The notes beneath the pieces were generated by a model. The model did no database searches and had not been told where the DNA came from. It saw only the letters and a program-made list of their open reading frames with translations. 64,000 bases of DNA, taken from the NCBI GenBank assembly GCA_963720545.1, contig OY970399.1, positions 1,024,001-1,088,000 of the forward strand, given 5' to 3'. This DNA is from an uncultured Acidobacteriota bacterium (GTDB lineage Bacteria; Acidobacteriota; Vicinamibacteria; Fen-336). Shown piece by piece: positions 1-10,002 of this stretch (its first letter is position 1; every line of letters starts with the position of its first letter). The translations under genes were made by a program, and so were the position numbers.

Positions 1-303
1 TTCCTGGACGGCACCTTCGCGAAAACGCTGCCGGAACGCGAGCGCCGCGGCGAACGGGTGCGCGCGGTGGACGAGGCGCTCGCGAAAGTCGTCGCCGCCA
101 TCAAGAAGCGCGGCATCAACCATCCCTTCGTCAAGAACTACGTCCTCGCCCGCACCACTCCCCTCACCCGCGCCCGCAAGACCATGCCGTCCTTCGAAAA
201 CGCGATGTCGAAGCTGCTCGCGAACATCGAGGAGTTCGACGTCGACAAGGTCCGCTACCAGGACGTCCAGCGCGGCGCCATCTACGCCGCCCCGGTGGAG
301 TAG
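1..303 (+). CDS. 3' end of a truncated CDS, possibly the C-terminus of a ParB-N-domain-like protein
   Basis: Frame 1 is open from the window edge to TAG at 301-303 with coding-like codon usage. The family call is from recall only. Confidence 0.5.
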   Translation, partial: FLDGTFAKTLPERERRGERVRAVDEALAKVVAAIKKRGINHPFVKNYVLARTTPLTRARKTMPSFENAMSKLLANIEEFDVDKVRYQDVQRGAIYAAPVE

Positions 304-337
304 CGCATTGATGGCCGCTCTGTAGAATCGAAGCATC

Positions 338-778
338 GTGACGGACGAAGTTCGGCTTTCCACGAGTCGCGCCAAGCGGGCCTTGTACAGCGCCCTCGGG
401 TTCGTGTTTCTCGGCATCGGCATCGCCGGCATCTTCCTGCCGCTCGTGCCCACGACCATCAACATCATCCTGGCGGCGTACTTCTTCTTCCAGTCGAACG
501 AAAAGATGTACCGGTGGCTCATGAACCACCCGCGCTTCGGACCGGCGCTGCGCGACTATCGCGCCGGGCTCGGCATCCCGCTGCGCGCCAAGATCTGGGC
601 GGTGGCCGCGGTGGCGTTGACCTTCACGACCACCATCCTGCTCGCGATCCAGACGCTGCGTGGACGCCTGGCGATGATCGCGCTGGCGCTTGCCATCTGC
701 GCCTATATCGTGAGCCGGCCGACGAAGGAGAAGGTGCTCGCGGCGCGCGCCGCATCGCTCCGCGCCAGCACCTCCTGA
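338..778 (+). CDS. ybaN: YbaN/DUF454 family inner membrane protein
   Basis: GIAGIFLPLVPTT...WLMNHPRFGPALRDY...KIWA pattern typical of DUF454. Confidence 0.85.
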   Translation: MTDEVRLSTSRAKRALYSALGFVFLGIGIAGIFLPLVPTTINIILAAYFFFQSNEKMYRWLMNHPRFGPALRDYRAGLGIPLRAKIWAVAAVALTFTTTILLAIQTLRGRLAMIALALAICAYIVSRPTKEKVLAARAASLRASTS

Positions 779-788
779 GCACACCCTC

Positions 789-1841
789 GTGACGACGACG
801 ATGGCGGCGCCCCCGGTGACGCGCGAATCGCTGGCCGCGGTGCCGTTTCAACGCCTGGCGGAAATCCTCGGCAGCAAGAGCCGCGCGCTCGCGACGCGCC
901 GCTGGCTGTTCAGCGCCGAGACGCCGCAGACGCTGCCGGAAAGAATTCCCGGAGTTGCGCCGCAGCCTTGGGCGGCGCTTCGCCAGGAGATGGACCTGCC
1001 GCAATGGTCGATCGGCGCACGGCTCGCTGCCGACGACGGCACCGTCAAGTTCACGGTGCGCTTTCCGGGCGCGGCCGTGGAGACGGTGCTGATCCCGGCG
1101 CGCGGTCGCAGCACCGTGTGCCTCTCCAGCCAGTCGGGCTGCACCAGGAGCTGCCGCTTCTGCGCCACCGCCACGCTCGACTTCGACCGCAGCCTGACCG
1201 CGGGCGAGATCGTGATGCAGTACGCGCTGGCGCGCGCGGAGGCGCCGCCGGAGGCGCCGGCGCGCAACATCGTGTTCATGGGCATGGGCGAGCCCATGGA
1301 CAACCTCGATGCGGTGATGACCGCGATCGACCGCCTCTGCGAGGAAGGCGAGCCGCGGCTCGCGGCGGAGCACATCACCGTCTCCACGTCCGGCGTCGTC
1401 CCGGGCATGCGTCGCTTCCTCAAGGAGAGCCAGCGCGGCCACCTGGCGCTGTCGCTGAACGCGACGAACGACGCGCTGCGCACGCGCCTCATGCCGCACA
1501 ACCGCACCTGGCCCATCGCGCAGCTGCTCGAGGTGCTGCGCGACGACTACCGCGGCCTCTCGGGCCGCCGCTATTTCATCGAATACATCCTGTTCGACGG
1601 GATCAACGACAGCGATGCCGACGCGGCGGGGCTGGTCGCGCTGCTGCGCGGCTTGCCGACCCACGTCAACCTGATCCCGTTCAACACGTTTGCGGAATTG
1701 CCGTTCGCACCGTCGCCGCGCGAACGCGTGCTCGCGTTCCGCAGGATCGTCCACGACGGCGGCCTGCGCTGCCTCATTCGCCGTCCGCGGGGACGGGACG
1801 TGGCCGCCGCCTGCGGCCAGCTGGCCCGCACCGCGGGCTAA
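789..1841 (+). CDS. rlmN: 23S rRNA (adenine-C2) methyltransferase, RlmN-type radical SAM
   Basis: CLSSQSGC, CxxxCxxC (CTRSCRFC), FMGMGEP, C-terminal AACGQL. Confidence 0.9.
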   Translation: MTTTMAAPPVTRESLAAVPFQRLAEILGSKSRALATRRWLFSAETPQTLPERIPGVAPQPWAALRQEMDLPQWSIGARLAADDGTVKFTVRFPGAAVETVLIPARGRSTVCLSSQSGCTRSCRFCATATLDFDRSLTAGEIVMQYALARAEAPPEAPARNIVFMGMGEPMDNLDAVMTAIDRLCEEGEPRLAAEHITVSTSGVVPGMRRFLKESQRGHLALSLNATNDALRTRLMPHNRTWPIAQLLEVLRDDYRGLSGRRYFIEYILFDGINDSDADAAGLVALLRGLPTHVNLIPFNTFAELPFAPSPRERVLAFRRIVHDGGLRCLIRRPRGRDVAAACGQLARTAG

Positions 1842-1851
1842 GGAGAACGCC

Positions 1852-2244
1852 ATGGAAAAAGTCGCGAAAAGCGAGACGGAATGGAAGGAGGAGCTGAGCG
1901 AGGAGCAGTACCGCGTGTTGCGCGAGAAGGGCACCGAGCGCGCGTTCACCGGCGAGTACTGGGACAAGCACGACAACGGCGCCTACCTGTGCGCCGGCTG
2001 CGGGGCGAAGCTCTTCGACTCGGAAGCGAAGTACGACTCGGGTACGGGATGGCCGAGCTTCTACAAGCCGGCAGCGCCCGACGCGGTCGCCGAGGAATCC
2101 GACGACAGCATGGGCATGCGACGCACCGAAGCGGTGTGCGCGCGCTGCGGCGGCCACCTCGGCCATGTCTTTCCCGACGGGCCGAACCCGACGGGCACGC
2201 GTTACTGCATGAACTCGGCGTCGCTCAAGTTCGAGAAGAAGTAA
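1852..2244 (+). CDS. msrB: Peptide-methionine (R)-S-oxide reductase
   Basis: [35 protein letters not shown] before ATG 1852. Confidence 0.95.
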   Translation: MEKVAKSETEWKEELSEEQYRVLREKGTERAFTGEYWDKHDNGAYLCAGCGAKLFDSEAKYDSGTGWPSFYKPAAPDAVAEESDDSMGMRRTEAVCARCGGHLGHVFPDGPNPTGTRYCMNSASLKFEKK

Positions 2245-3962
2245 GCACGCACTTCAGACACGGTGCCGGCGGCGCTGCCGATCCGCAGCGCCGCAACCGT
2301 GGCGGGCGGCGACACGGCCCACGACTGGCCAAGCGGCGCGCCGGGTCGCAGCCGCGAGAGCCGGCCCGGACGCAGCGGCCAGACCGCGAGGGGCGTGAAA
2401 TCCGTTTTGCCGGGCAAAAGCGCTTCGATCGTCATCGAACGCAGCGCCGCGGCCTCGGCATCCACCTCGATGCGGGTCACCGTGAACGGCGCATCGCTGG
2501 CCGACTGCCAGACGCCGCCCGCTGCGTCCCGCAGCCAGCGGAGCGGCTGCTGCCGCAGCCGCCCGGGGCGCGGCCGTGCGACGACCAGCGGCTGCTCCTC
2601 GTCCACGCCGCCGAAGCGCGCCACCACCGGCCAGTCGCCCGCGTCTTCGGGCGGCACCACCAGCAGTTGGTATTGCGACAGCACGTCGCGTGGCGTGCCG
2701 CGGCCCGCGGCACGCACCTCGAACCGCTCGCTGTCGAGCCGCAGCCGCGGCAGCGTCGTGCCGACGAGGGGCGGCGCGTCCTCGAGCGCTTCGACGTAGG
2801 CGGCAGCGGCATCGATTGCGGGCGTGCGCGCGTAGCGCACCGCGAGGCGCACGCCATCGACCGCGGGCTGCGCGAGCACCAACGCGGCGAGGCCGGCGGC
2901 AGCAGCCTTGCTCCGCAGCGCCGGCACCAGGCGCATTGCCGCCGCGACCCCGAGTGCGGCGAGTACCGAGCAAGTTGCGCTCACGCTCAGCACGTGGCGC
3001 GGATAGACGAGCTTCGCCGGGGCCATCGCTGCAAAGCCTCCGGCGGCGATGGCGATTGCGGGAAGGGCGGCGCGCCACGGTCGGTGCAGGAGCGCCCCGG
3101 CAAGCGCAGACGCGATGCCCGCGGCACCGAGGTTCACGTACAAAAGCCATGAGACGCCGGCCATGGAACCGCTCGACACCGCGCCCGCGCGATTGGACGC
3201 GTGGCCGGAGCCGAAGTAGTCGGCGAGCGCGCGCGTGAAGCCGCCGCCGATGGCGTCGGAACCGCCCATATGGAGGACGGCAAAGGGCGCAGCCAGGAAA
3301 AAGACGACGGCCGCGGCTGCTGCCGCAACCACGAAGCGGCGCCAGCGCTTCGGGCCGGGCAGCAGTGCCACCGCAACGCCGGGCGCGAGGAACAAGCCCG
3401 TGTACTTCACTGCCAGCGTGCCGCCCAGCAGCGCACCGAGCGACGCGGCGAACCGCGTGCCCGGGCCCGGTGGCGCATCGCCTCGGCGCGCAGCCAGGAG
3501 CAGCACGCCCAGTGCGGCAGCGGCCACGAGCGTGTCCGGCGTGATGTAGTGCGCCGCGCGAATCTCGCCGCGGCTCAGCGCCAGGAGTGCCGCCGCCAGC
3601 AAGCCGGCATAAGCACCCGCAAGCCTGCCGACCAGCGCATAGGCAAGCCATACGGAAAGCACGGACGCGGCGGCCGTGAGCGCGCGTCCCGCCACGAAGG
3701 CGCCCACCTCTCCGCCCCACTTCTGCCCCGCACCGATCGGCAGGAACGCCAGCCAGTTGAAGAAGCCGGGATACCCCGTGTAGACGGTGGGGTCGAGCGT
3801 CGGCTGCGACCACATGCGCAGCACCGGCTCGACGAAATTATTGGCCTCGTCGAAGTCGGCGCCGGCGCGACGCAGGTGATGGTCGATGCCGACGAAGCGC
3901 GACCAGGCCGCGAACAGGAGGATCGCGGCAAGCGCGAAACGGCCGGAGCGCGCCAGCGTCAC
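2202..3962 (-). CDS. GT-C fold (PMT/ArnT-like, family 39/83) membrane glycosyltransferase
   Basis: Multi-TM protein with DFDE loop after the first helix, KYTG and YPRH motifs. GTG start at 3962 overlaps the kinase stop (GTGA). The 3' end overlaps msrB convergently by 43 nt. Confidence 0.75.
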   Translation of the reverse strand: MTLARSGRFALAAILLFAAWSRFVGIDHHLRRAGADFDEANNFVEPVLRMWSQPTLDPTVYTGYPGFFNWLAFLPIGAGQKWGGEVGAFVAGRALTAAASVLSVWLAYALVGRLAGAYAGLLAAALLALSRGEIRAAHYITPDTLVAAAALGVLLLAARRGDAPPGPGTRFAASLGALLGGTLAVKYTGLFLAPGVAVALLPGPKRWRRFVVAAAAAAVVFFLAAPFAVLHMGGSDAIGGGFTRALADYFGSGHASNRAGAVSSGSMAGVSWLLYVNLGAAGIASALAGALLHRPWRAALPAIAIAAGGFAAMAPAKLVYPRHVLSVSATCSVLAALGVAAAMRLVPALRSKAAAAGLAALVLAQPAVDGVRLAVRYARTPAIDAAAAYVEALEDAPPLVGTTLPRLRLDSERFEVRAAGRGTPRDVLSQYQLLVVPPEDAGDWPVVARFGGVDEEQPLVVARPRPGRLRQQPLRWLRDAAGGVWQSASDAPFTVTRIEVDAEAAALRSMTIEALLPGKTDFTPLAVWPLRPGRLSRLRPGAPLGQSWAVSPPATVAALRIGSAAGTVSEVRAYFFSNLSDAEFMQ

Positions 3963-6763
3963 TTCCGCCCGAGCACGATCACGGGCGACTTGTAGAGCGG
4001 GCTCTCGCCGGTGCCGGAACGCTCGATGGCAAGCACGCGGTCGCGCGCGTGGTCGATGCAAAAACGCGCCGCGGCGGAGGCGACGAAGAGCCGCTCGCTC
4101 CCTGGCGGCGCGGCATTCTCGGTGCCCCAGAGCGGCACCGAGGGCAACGCCGCGAGGGTGCCGCCGCGTTCCTCGACCTGCACGACGCGCATCCGGCTCG
4201 GCCCGGTGTGCCAGAAGACCACCTTGCCGTTGCCGTTCCATTCCGGAACGCGCCCGCCGCCTTCCGAGGCACGCGCCTTCGGCATCGCGGCCAGCAGCGG
4301 CCGCACGTAGATCTGGAACACGGAGTCCAGTTCGTCCGACTCGAAGGCGATGAGGCGTCCATCGGGCGAGATGCTCGCGGACGCCTCGTCGAAGCGGCTC
4401 GCGGAAATGTCCGCGGGGGCTCCGCTGGTGCGGCCCGACGCGTCGAGGCCGAGGAGCCGCAGGTCCCAGCTCGTTTCCAGCCGCTTCTCCTGGAAGACGA
4501 GATAGCGGCCGTCGGGCGTGAAGGCATCCGGATACACACGGTTCTCGCTCTCGTAGAGCGTTAGCGGTTCGCCGCTGCCATCCGCCGCCAGCGACAGGAT
4601 CCGCCACTTGCCGTCCTTCGCCACACTCACCGCGATCCTCTGGCCGTCCGGCGAATACGCCGGCCGGTGCGGGGCGAGGCCGAAGGAGATGCGCGACAGG
4701 TTGCTGCCGTCGTCGTCGAGGGTCCAGAGGTCGGAGTCGGTGGAGCTGCCGATGACCACGGCGATCTTGCGGCCGTCCGGACGCAGGCTCGGATCGCGGA
4801 ACGGCCGCGGCGTGTCCACCACGCGCCGCATGACGCCGGCGCGGTCGATCCACATGAGGTAGTAGTCGCCGGGAACCACCGCACCCGGCCCGTACACCAT
4901 GGCGCCGGAGCGTGACACCGCGAGGTGCGTGCCACCGTTGCGCGAGTCGTAGCGCACCGCGTCCACCACCATCTCCGGCTCGCCGCTCGCCTGCATCTTC
5001 TGCAGGTCGAACGCGACGCCCTGCAGGCGTCCCTCGCGCACGAACAGCAGGCGCCCCGCGGCGTAGCGCGCGAAGCCGGCGTTGGGCAGCAGCTGCCGGC
5101 GCTCATGCGTGCGCAGCGAAACCGCCTCGATGCGGCCTTCGTCGAACGCCGCGTCCTCGAAGCCGACGGTGAACAGCACCCATTCGCCGCCGGGCAGCGC
5201 CATCGGCCAGCGATGCGAATACTCGCCGTGGGCGGTGTCGAGCGTCGTCAGCGCCTCGAGCTTGCCGCCCTGGTCGGCAAGCCGCATGAGCCCGGAGCTT
5301 TGGGACGGCGCGACCACGATGGTGCCGTCTTCCGCCCACGTGCCGCCGCGCGGGTTGCCGCCCACCTCGACGAGCGGCAGCACCACGCTGCCGTCGGTCG
5401 AGGCTCGCGACAGCCTGCGGTTCGCGAAGAAGCCGATCGCGCGGCCGTCCGGCGAAAAGAACGGCTGCACAGCGTCCTCGGTTCCCGGCAGACGCCGCAG
5501 CTCGGTGCTGTCGAGGCTGCGCACCTGCAGCATCGTTGCATCGCCGTGGCGCGTCTGCAGCACCAGCGTCGTACCCGCCGGGTCGATGTCGAAGGGGCTC
5601 GCCCAGCCGTCGCCGAGGGGGCTGTCCGGCGGCAGCTCGAGGCTCAACCGCAGCGGGCTGCCAGGCGCGGCGGGCGGCGTCCGGCGCGCCGCGAGCGCTG
5701 CGAGCGCCGCGAGCGCCGTCGCGGCCGCGATGGCAGCGATGCCCCACGGCAGCACCCGCCGCCAGGGCGGCGGCACGGCGGCCGGCGCCCCACCGTGGGT
5801 CTCGCTGTCGGCTTCGGTCAGCTCGAGGCGCGCGTCGCCGACGTGCTGCAGGCGCTCCGCGGCGTCCTTGCGCAGGCAGCGGCGCAGCAAACGGTGGATG
5901 GCGGGGGGCGTCGCTGGCGGCAGTGCGCTCCAGTCGGGCTCGTCGCGCAGCACCGCGGCCAGCACCTCGCCCATGGAGCGGCCGCGGTAGACCGGCCGGC
6001 CCGCGAGCATCTCGAACACCAGGCAGCCAAACGACCAGACGTCGGTGCGCGCGTCCACTTCCTCGCCGTGGATCTGCTCCGGGCTCATGTAGGCCGCGGT
6101 ACCGATCACCGCGCCGGCGGCGGTGATGGGGTCGTCGGCCACGGGGCTCGGCGTGCGCGGGTCGGGCGGCGGCGCCGACTTCGCGAGACCGAAGTCGACG
6201 AGCTTGGCGCGTCCGCCGATCGACAGCATGACGTTCGACGGCTTGAGGTCGCGGTGAATGACGCCCTTCGAATGCGCCTCTTCGAGGCCGCGCGCCACCT
6301 GCACGGCGATCGCCTGCGTTTCGCGCAGGCTCAGCGCACCGCGCCGCAGGCGCTCGGCGAGCGATTCACCGTCGACATGCTCGAGGATGAGGTACGGCGC
6401 GCCGTCGTGGCGCTCGAAGCCGTAGATCGAGGCGATGTTCGGGTGGCTGAGCGCCGCCAGCACCCGCGCTTCGCGCTCCAGCCGCCGCAGGTTCGCGGAG
6501 TCGGCGCGAAACGCGTAAGCGAGCGCCTTGATCGCGACTTCCCTCCCGAGCGTCTCGTCACGCGCCCGGTACACCCGCCCCATGCCGCCGGCGCCGAGCA
6601 GGTGCAGCACCTCGTAGCGACCCAGTTGGCGCCCTGGCGTGAGCGGCGCGCCGTCCGGCGGTTCGTTCTGCGCCGCGACAATGGCCGCGGCGTCGCCGGC
6701 GCTGACGCCGCGAGTGGCGTCCAACGCATCGCGGGTCTGGTCCTTGTCCTGCTCCGGCTCCAT
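3959..6763 (-). CDS. Hanks-type Ser/Thr kinase with TM helix and TolB/PD40-like beta-propeller
   Basis: GAGGMG, VAIK, HRDLKPSN, DFG, YMSPE; TM segment; repeated SPDG motifs. Confidence 0.92.
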   Translation of the reverse strand: MEPEQDKDQTRDALDATRGVSAGDAAAIVAAQNEPPDGAPLTPGRQLGRYEVLHLLGAGGMGRVYRARDETLGREVAIKALAYAFRADSANLRRLEREARVLAALSHPNIASIYGFERHDGAPYLILEHVDGESLAERLRRGALSLRETQAIAVQVARGLEEAHSKGVIHRDLKPSNVMLSIGGRAKLVDFGLAKSAPPPDPRTPSPVADDPITAAGAVIGTAAYMSPEQIHGEEVDARTDVWSFGCLVFEMLAGRPVYRGRSMGEVLAAVLRDEPDWSALPPATPPAIHRLLRRCLRKDAAERLQHVGDARLELTEADSETHGGAPAAVPPPWRRVLPWGIAAIAAATALAALAALAARRTPPAAPGSPLRLSLELPPDSPLGDGWASPFDIDPAGTTLVLQTRHGDATMLQVRSLDSTELRRLPGTEDAVQPFFSPDGRAIGFFANRRLSRASTDGSVVLPLVEVGGNPRGGTWAEDGTIVVAPSQSSGLMRLADQGGKLEALTTLDTAHGEYSHRWPMALPGGEWVLFTVGFEDAAFDEGRIEAVSLRTHERRQLLPNAGFARYAAGRLLFVREGRLQGVAFDLQKMQASGEPEMVVDAVRYDSRNGGTHLAVSRSGAMVYGPGAVVPGDYYLMWIDRAGVMRRVVDTPRPFRDPSLRPDGRKIAVVIGSSTDSDLWTLDDDGSNLSRISFGLAPHRPAYSPDGQRIAVSVAKDGKWRILSLAADGSGEPLTLYESENRVYPDAFTPDGRYLVFQEKRLETSWDLRLLGLDASGRTSGAPADISASRFDEASASISPDGRLIAFESDELDSVFQIYVRPLLAAMPKARASEGGGRVPEWNGNGKVVFWHTGPSRMRVVQVEERGGTLAALPSVPLWGTENAAPPGSERLFVASAAARFCIDHARDRVLAIERSGTGESPLYKSPVIVLGRK

Positions 6764-6776
6764 GCCGCGCGTTCCG

Positions 6777-8087
6777 TTACGCCCGCGCTTCGGCAGCCAG
6801 GGTGCGCAGCGCTGCCGCGAGCCGTGCGGCGTCGTCGGGCGTGTTGTAGAGCGCGGGGGTGACGCGCACGCAGTCGCCGCGCTCGATGCCGGTGCGGCGG
6901 ACGGTGAACAGAGAGTAGCGGGTGCGCAGGTCGGCGGTGGTGCGCAGCGTGTCTTCCTTCGAGACGCGGCCGGCGAGGCGGAACGAGGTGATGGCGGCGC
7001 ACATCCCCGGCTCATCCGGGGTGAGGATCTCGATGCCGGGCAGGCCGCGAACCGCGTTCACCCACAGGTCGCGCAGGTGGCGCACTCGCGCCGCCTTCGC
7101 CGCGGGCCCGACCGCTTCGTGGAAATCGAGCGCCGCCGGAACGCTCAGCATGGTCGCGAAGTTGGCGGTGCCCGAATGCACCCGGCTGGTGATGCTGTCA
7201 GCCGGCTCGTCCTCGTCGCCCATCATGCGGTCGATGTCTGCCAGGCGCGCGCGGCGGACAAACAGGACGCCGACACCGACAGGAGCGCCGATCCACTTGT
7301 GCAGGTTGAAGCCGGCGAAGTCGACGCCGAGGTCCCCCACCTTGATGTCCACCTGGCCGAACGAGTGGGCGGCATCCGTGATGGTGTCGGCGCCGCGTGC
7401 GCGGGCCAAAGCCGCGATCTGCGCCACAGGCGTCATCAGGCCGGTCTTGTTGTTGACGTGCGTCGTCAGCACCAGCCTGGTGCCGGGATTTGCATCGAGC
7501 GCCGCTTCGTAGGCTCCGAGCACGTTGGCGCGCGAGGCTGGCTCCGGAATCACGAAGCGCACCGGCTTCGCGCCGCGGCGGTCGGCGAGCCACTTCATCG
7601 CCGACTGCATCCCGGGATAGTCGAGGTCGGCGTAGAGGACGGTGTCGCCCGGCCGCAGCCTGTTGTAGCCGCCGATCAGGCACTGCATCGCCTCGGTCGC
7701 GCCGCGGGTGAACGCGATCTCCTCGACGTCCGCACCGAGCGCTTTGGCTGCGCGTGCGCGCACCGCCCTCATGTCGTCGAGATAGGCGCCGCGCGCGTAG
7801 AACGAGCTTTCGCGATTGACGCGCTCCGTCTGGCGGAAGAACTCGCGCATCACCGGCGCCGCCATCATCCCCCAGAACCCGGCCTCGAGGTTCGTGACCT
7901 GCGGCGAAACCACGTAGTGCGCCGCGACGCGCCGCCAGTACGCTTCATCGCGAGCAATCACCTCGGCCGCACCCTCGGGCCGCGCGAGCGCCGGAAGCTC
8001 TTCGCCCTCGCGCGAGGCGTGTACGGGTGCAGCCAGCGCCATGCCGGCAAACCCTGCAGAGCCGAGAAAGCCACGGCGGGAGTTCAC
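6777..8087 (-). CDS. Tat-exported PLP-dependent class V aminotransferase (isopenicillin N epimerase-like)
   Basis: SRRGFL twin-arginine signal; DAAHS and NLHKW (PLP lysine) motifs. Confidence 0.85.
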   Translation of the reverse strand: MNSRRGFLGSAGFAGMALAAPVHASREGEELPALARPEGAAEVIARDEAYWRRVAAHYVVSPQVTNLEAGFWGMMAAPVMREFFRQTERVNRESSFYARGAYLDDMRAVRARAAKALGADVEEIAFTRGATEAMQCLIGGYNRLRPGDTVLYADLDYPGMQSAMKWLADRRGAKPVRFVIPEPASRANVLGAYEAALDANPGTRLVLTTHVNNKTGLMTPVAQIAALARARGADTITDAAHSFGQVDIKVGDLGVDFAGFNLHKWIGAPVGVGVLFVRRARLADIDRMMGDEDEPADSITSRVHSGTANFATMLSVPAALDFHEAVGPAAKAARVRHLRDLWVNAVRGLPGIEILTPDEPGMCAAITSFRLAGRVSKEDTLRTTADLRTRYSLFTVRRTGIERGDCVRVTPALYNTPDDAARLAAALRTLAAEARA

Positions 8088-8129
8088 GTTCGCAGTTTAG
8101 CGTCTGAGGTTGTTACGGGGACCGACTGC

Positions 8130-8149
8130 CACTGTGTCCGGACACAGTG
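8130..8149. promoter_or_regulatory. Perfect 20-bp palindrome, candidate operator
   Basis: CACTGTGTCC|GGACACAGTG, about 43 nt upstream of the aminotransferase start. Confidence 0.45.
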
Positions 8150-8188
8150 ACTCTGTGACTGGAGGACGCAGTCCGGGCTCAAAAAAAC

Positions 8189-8445
8189 CGCTGGCGCAAG
8201 CGCCTGAGGAAGCAACAACAAACCGTTGTCGCAAGCGACTGGGTAACGAACAACGATCCATTGTCGCAAGCGCTTGGAAAACGGAAGGAAAGGAAATCGA
8301 CGAATTGGGCAGGGACAGCCGGCCAATTCGTCGATAGCGGGCAAGCGCCTGGGTAACGAACAACGACCCATTGTCGCAAGCGCTTGGAAAACGGAAGGAA
8401 AGGAAATCGACGAATTGGGCAGGGACAGCCAGCCAATTCGTCGAT
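8189..8445. repeat. Nested intergenic repeat: 35-bp sub-units within a 110-bp tandem duplication, each copy with a 13-bp-stem hairpin
   Basis: 8231-8335 is nearly identical to 8341-8445. (C/G)GCAAGCG occurs at 8195, 8230, 8265, 8340, 8375. ATCGACGAATTGG...CCAATTCGTCGAT at 8296-8335 and 8406-8445. Confidence 0.9.
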
Positions 8446-8447
8446 GA

Positions 8448-9970
8448 CTACCGCCTTCGCAACCTGCCTTCCGGATCTCGCGGGGCGACCCGGAGCGTCT
8501 CCGAATAGCCGATGACGACGCGGCCGGGGGAGCCTTTTACCGAGCGCAAGTGCTTGCGGCGGGTGGTGTGGACGTCCACGGCGCCGTCGTCTTTCGCGTC
8601 GCTCAGGAAAGCGGCGACTTCGGCGGCCTCGCGCTGGTCGTCGGCGGTGGCGCGGCCTTCGTTGTCCACCAGGATCACGTGCGCGCCCGGGCGATCGCGG
8701 ACGTGGAACCACAAGTCGTCCGGCCTTGCCTTGCCGAACGTCAGCTCGTGGTTTTCGCGGGCGCCGCGGCCGGCCCACAACGTGAGCCCCCGGGTCGTGA
8801 GATAGCGCAGCGGGCCTTTGGCTGCGGCGGCCGCGTGGCGCTTGCCCGCTGGCGTCTCGCTGCCGCCGGCGATGCGCTGCAGGTCGGCGATGCTGCGCGC
8901 GTTTTCCAGGGCCTGGCCGCGACGCGCGAGCGCCTCGCGGGCGGCCTCGGTGTCGGCGAGGCGCTGCACGAGCGCCGCGCGCGCCTTCGCCAGGCGGCGG
9001 GCGCGCTCGTACAGACGGTCGGCGGTGCCGCGCGGGCCGAGCGCCGGATCGATCGGGATGCGCAGGACGGTCTGCGGCTCGTAGGGATCGGGCACGGCGG
9101 CAACGCCGTCTTTCCCCGGCACGGCGCTCGGCGCCGCGAGCAGCGCTTCGGCGGTGCGCCGCAGCGCATCGGCGCCCTCCACCTTCGCGAGGTCCTGCGT
9201 CAGATGCTTCTGCAATGTTGTCTTGCGGCGCTGGTCGCGCGTAATGGCGTCCCTCAGCGAGCGGCGCTGCGCAGCGAACCGCTCGCCGCGCTGCCGCAGG
9301 CGAAATGCGGCCGCGGTCGCTTCGAGCCACGAGGTGAAAGCGGTTGCGACGCGGCCCGCGCCTGCCGGCGTCTCGCCGGCCGTGGCAACCGTCACCGGAC
9401 TCTCGGCGGCGTCACGGTCGTCGAGTTCGGCAAACGGCCTGGCTGCGACAAGCATCGGCGACTCGGCTGGGTCGCGCGACGCCTCGGGAGAGATCCCTCG
9501 ATCGCCGCGCGAAGCGATGGACTCCTCGGGAAAACGGGGCACCGGCCATGCCGCGTCCTGCCCGATCGAGGCGAGCACCTCCTCGCCGACCACGAGGCTC
9601 AGCGCCGGCCGCTGGTCCATGCGCAGCGCAATCCGCACGCTCCCCGCGGAGATGACCACAAACGGCTCGCCGGGAACGGCGTCGACGGCGTGGATTCGCG
9701 GGCCGGCGGCGTGCTTGCGGAAGAGCAGGAGAGCCTGGCGTGCCGTGCCGGGCACGGTTGCGTCATCGGCATCGTCGTCTCGCGGCGCTTGCGGCAGGTC
9801 CGCACGTTCCAGCAACGTCAGCACCGGGTGCCGGCGGTGGGCGCCAAGGAGCAGCCAGCGTCCGCGCGAACCCGTGATCTCGAATGCGATTGCGGCGGGG
9901 CCCACGAGCCGCGGGCGGTCCAGGCTGTGGCCGAGCAGCAACGGGCGAAGCTCGGCGATCAGGCCGCCGA
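8448..9970 (-). CDS. NFACT / Rqc2 (RqcH, FbpA-like) family protein; start uncertain
   Basis: IPIDPALG...YERARRL coiled-coil region; C-terminal GRGARENHELT...DLWFHVRDRPGAHV NFACT-R domain. Confidence 0.8.
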
Positions 9971-10002
9971 GAGGCGCCGTGGCCCGCGGCGTGGGCGGCC
10001 GC

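Noticed and set aside
1852..2244. Possible selenoprotein MsrB
   Set aside because: The catalytic residue is a normal Cys (RYCMNS) and there is no in-frame TGA
3963..4853. N-terminal 300 aa of the 883-aa ORF 2202..4853
   Set aside because: It overlaps the kinase in another frame and is Arg/Pro-rich noise; the GTGA-coupled start at 3962 is more plausible
8084..8371. Small ORFs across the repeat region
   Set aside because: No RBS, atypical codons, and the sequence is explained by the repeat
8189..8445. CRISPR array interpretation of the 35-bp periodic repeat
   Set aside because: The conserved core is only about 8-12 nt, the would-be spacers are themselves duplicated, there are only five units, and no cas genes are present
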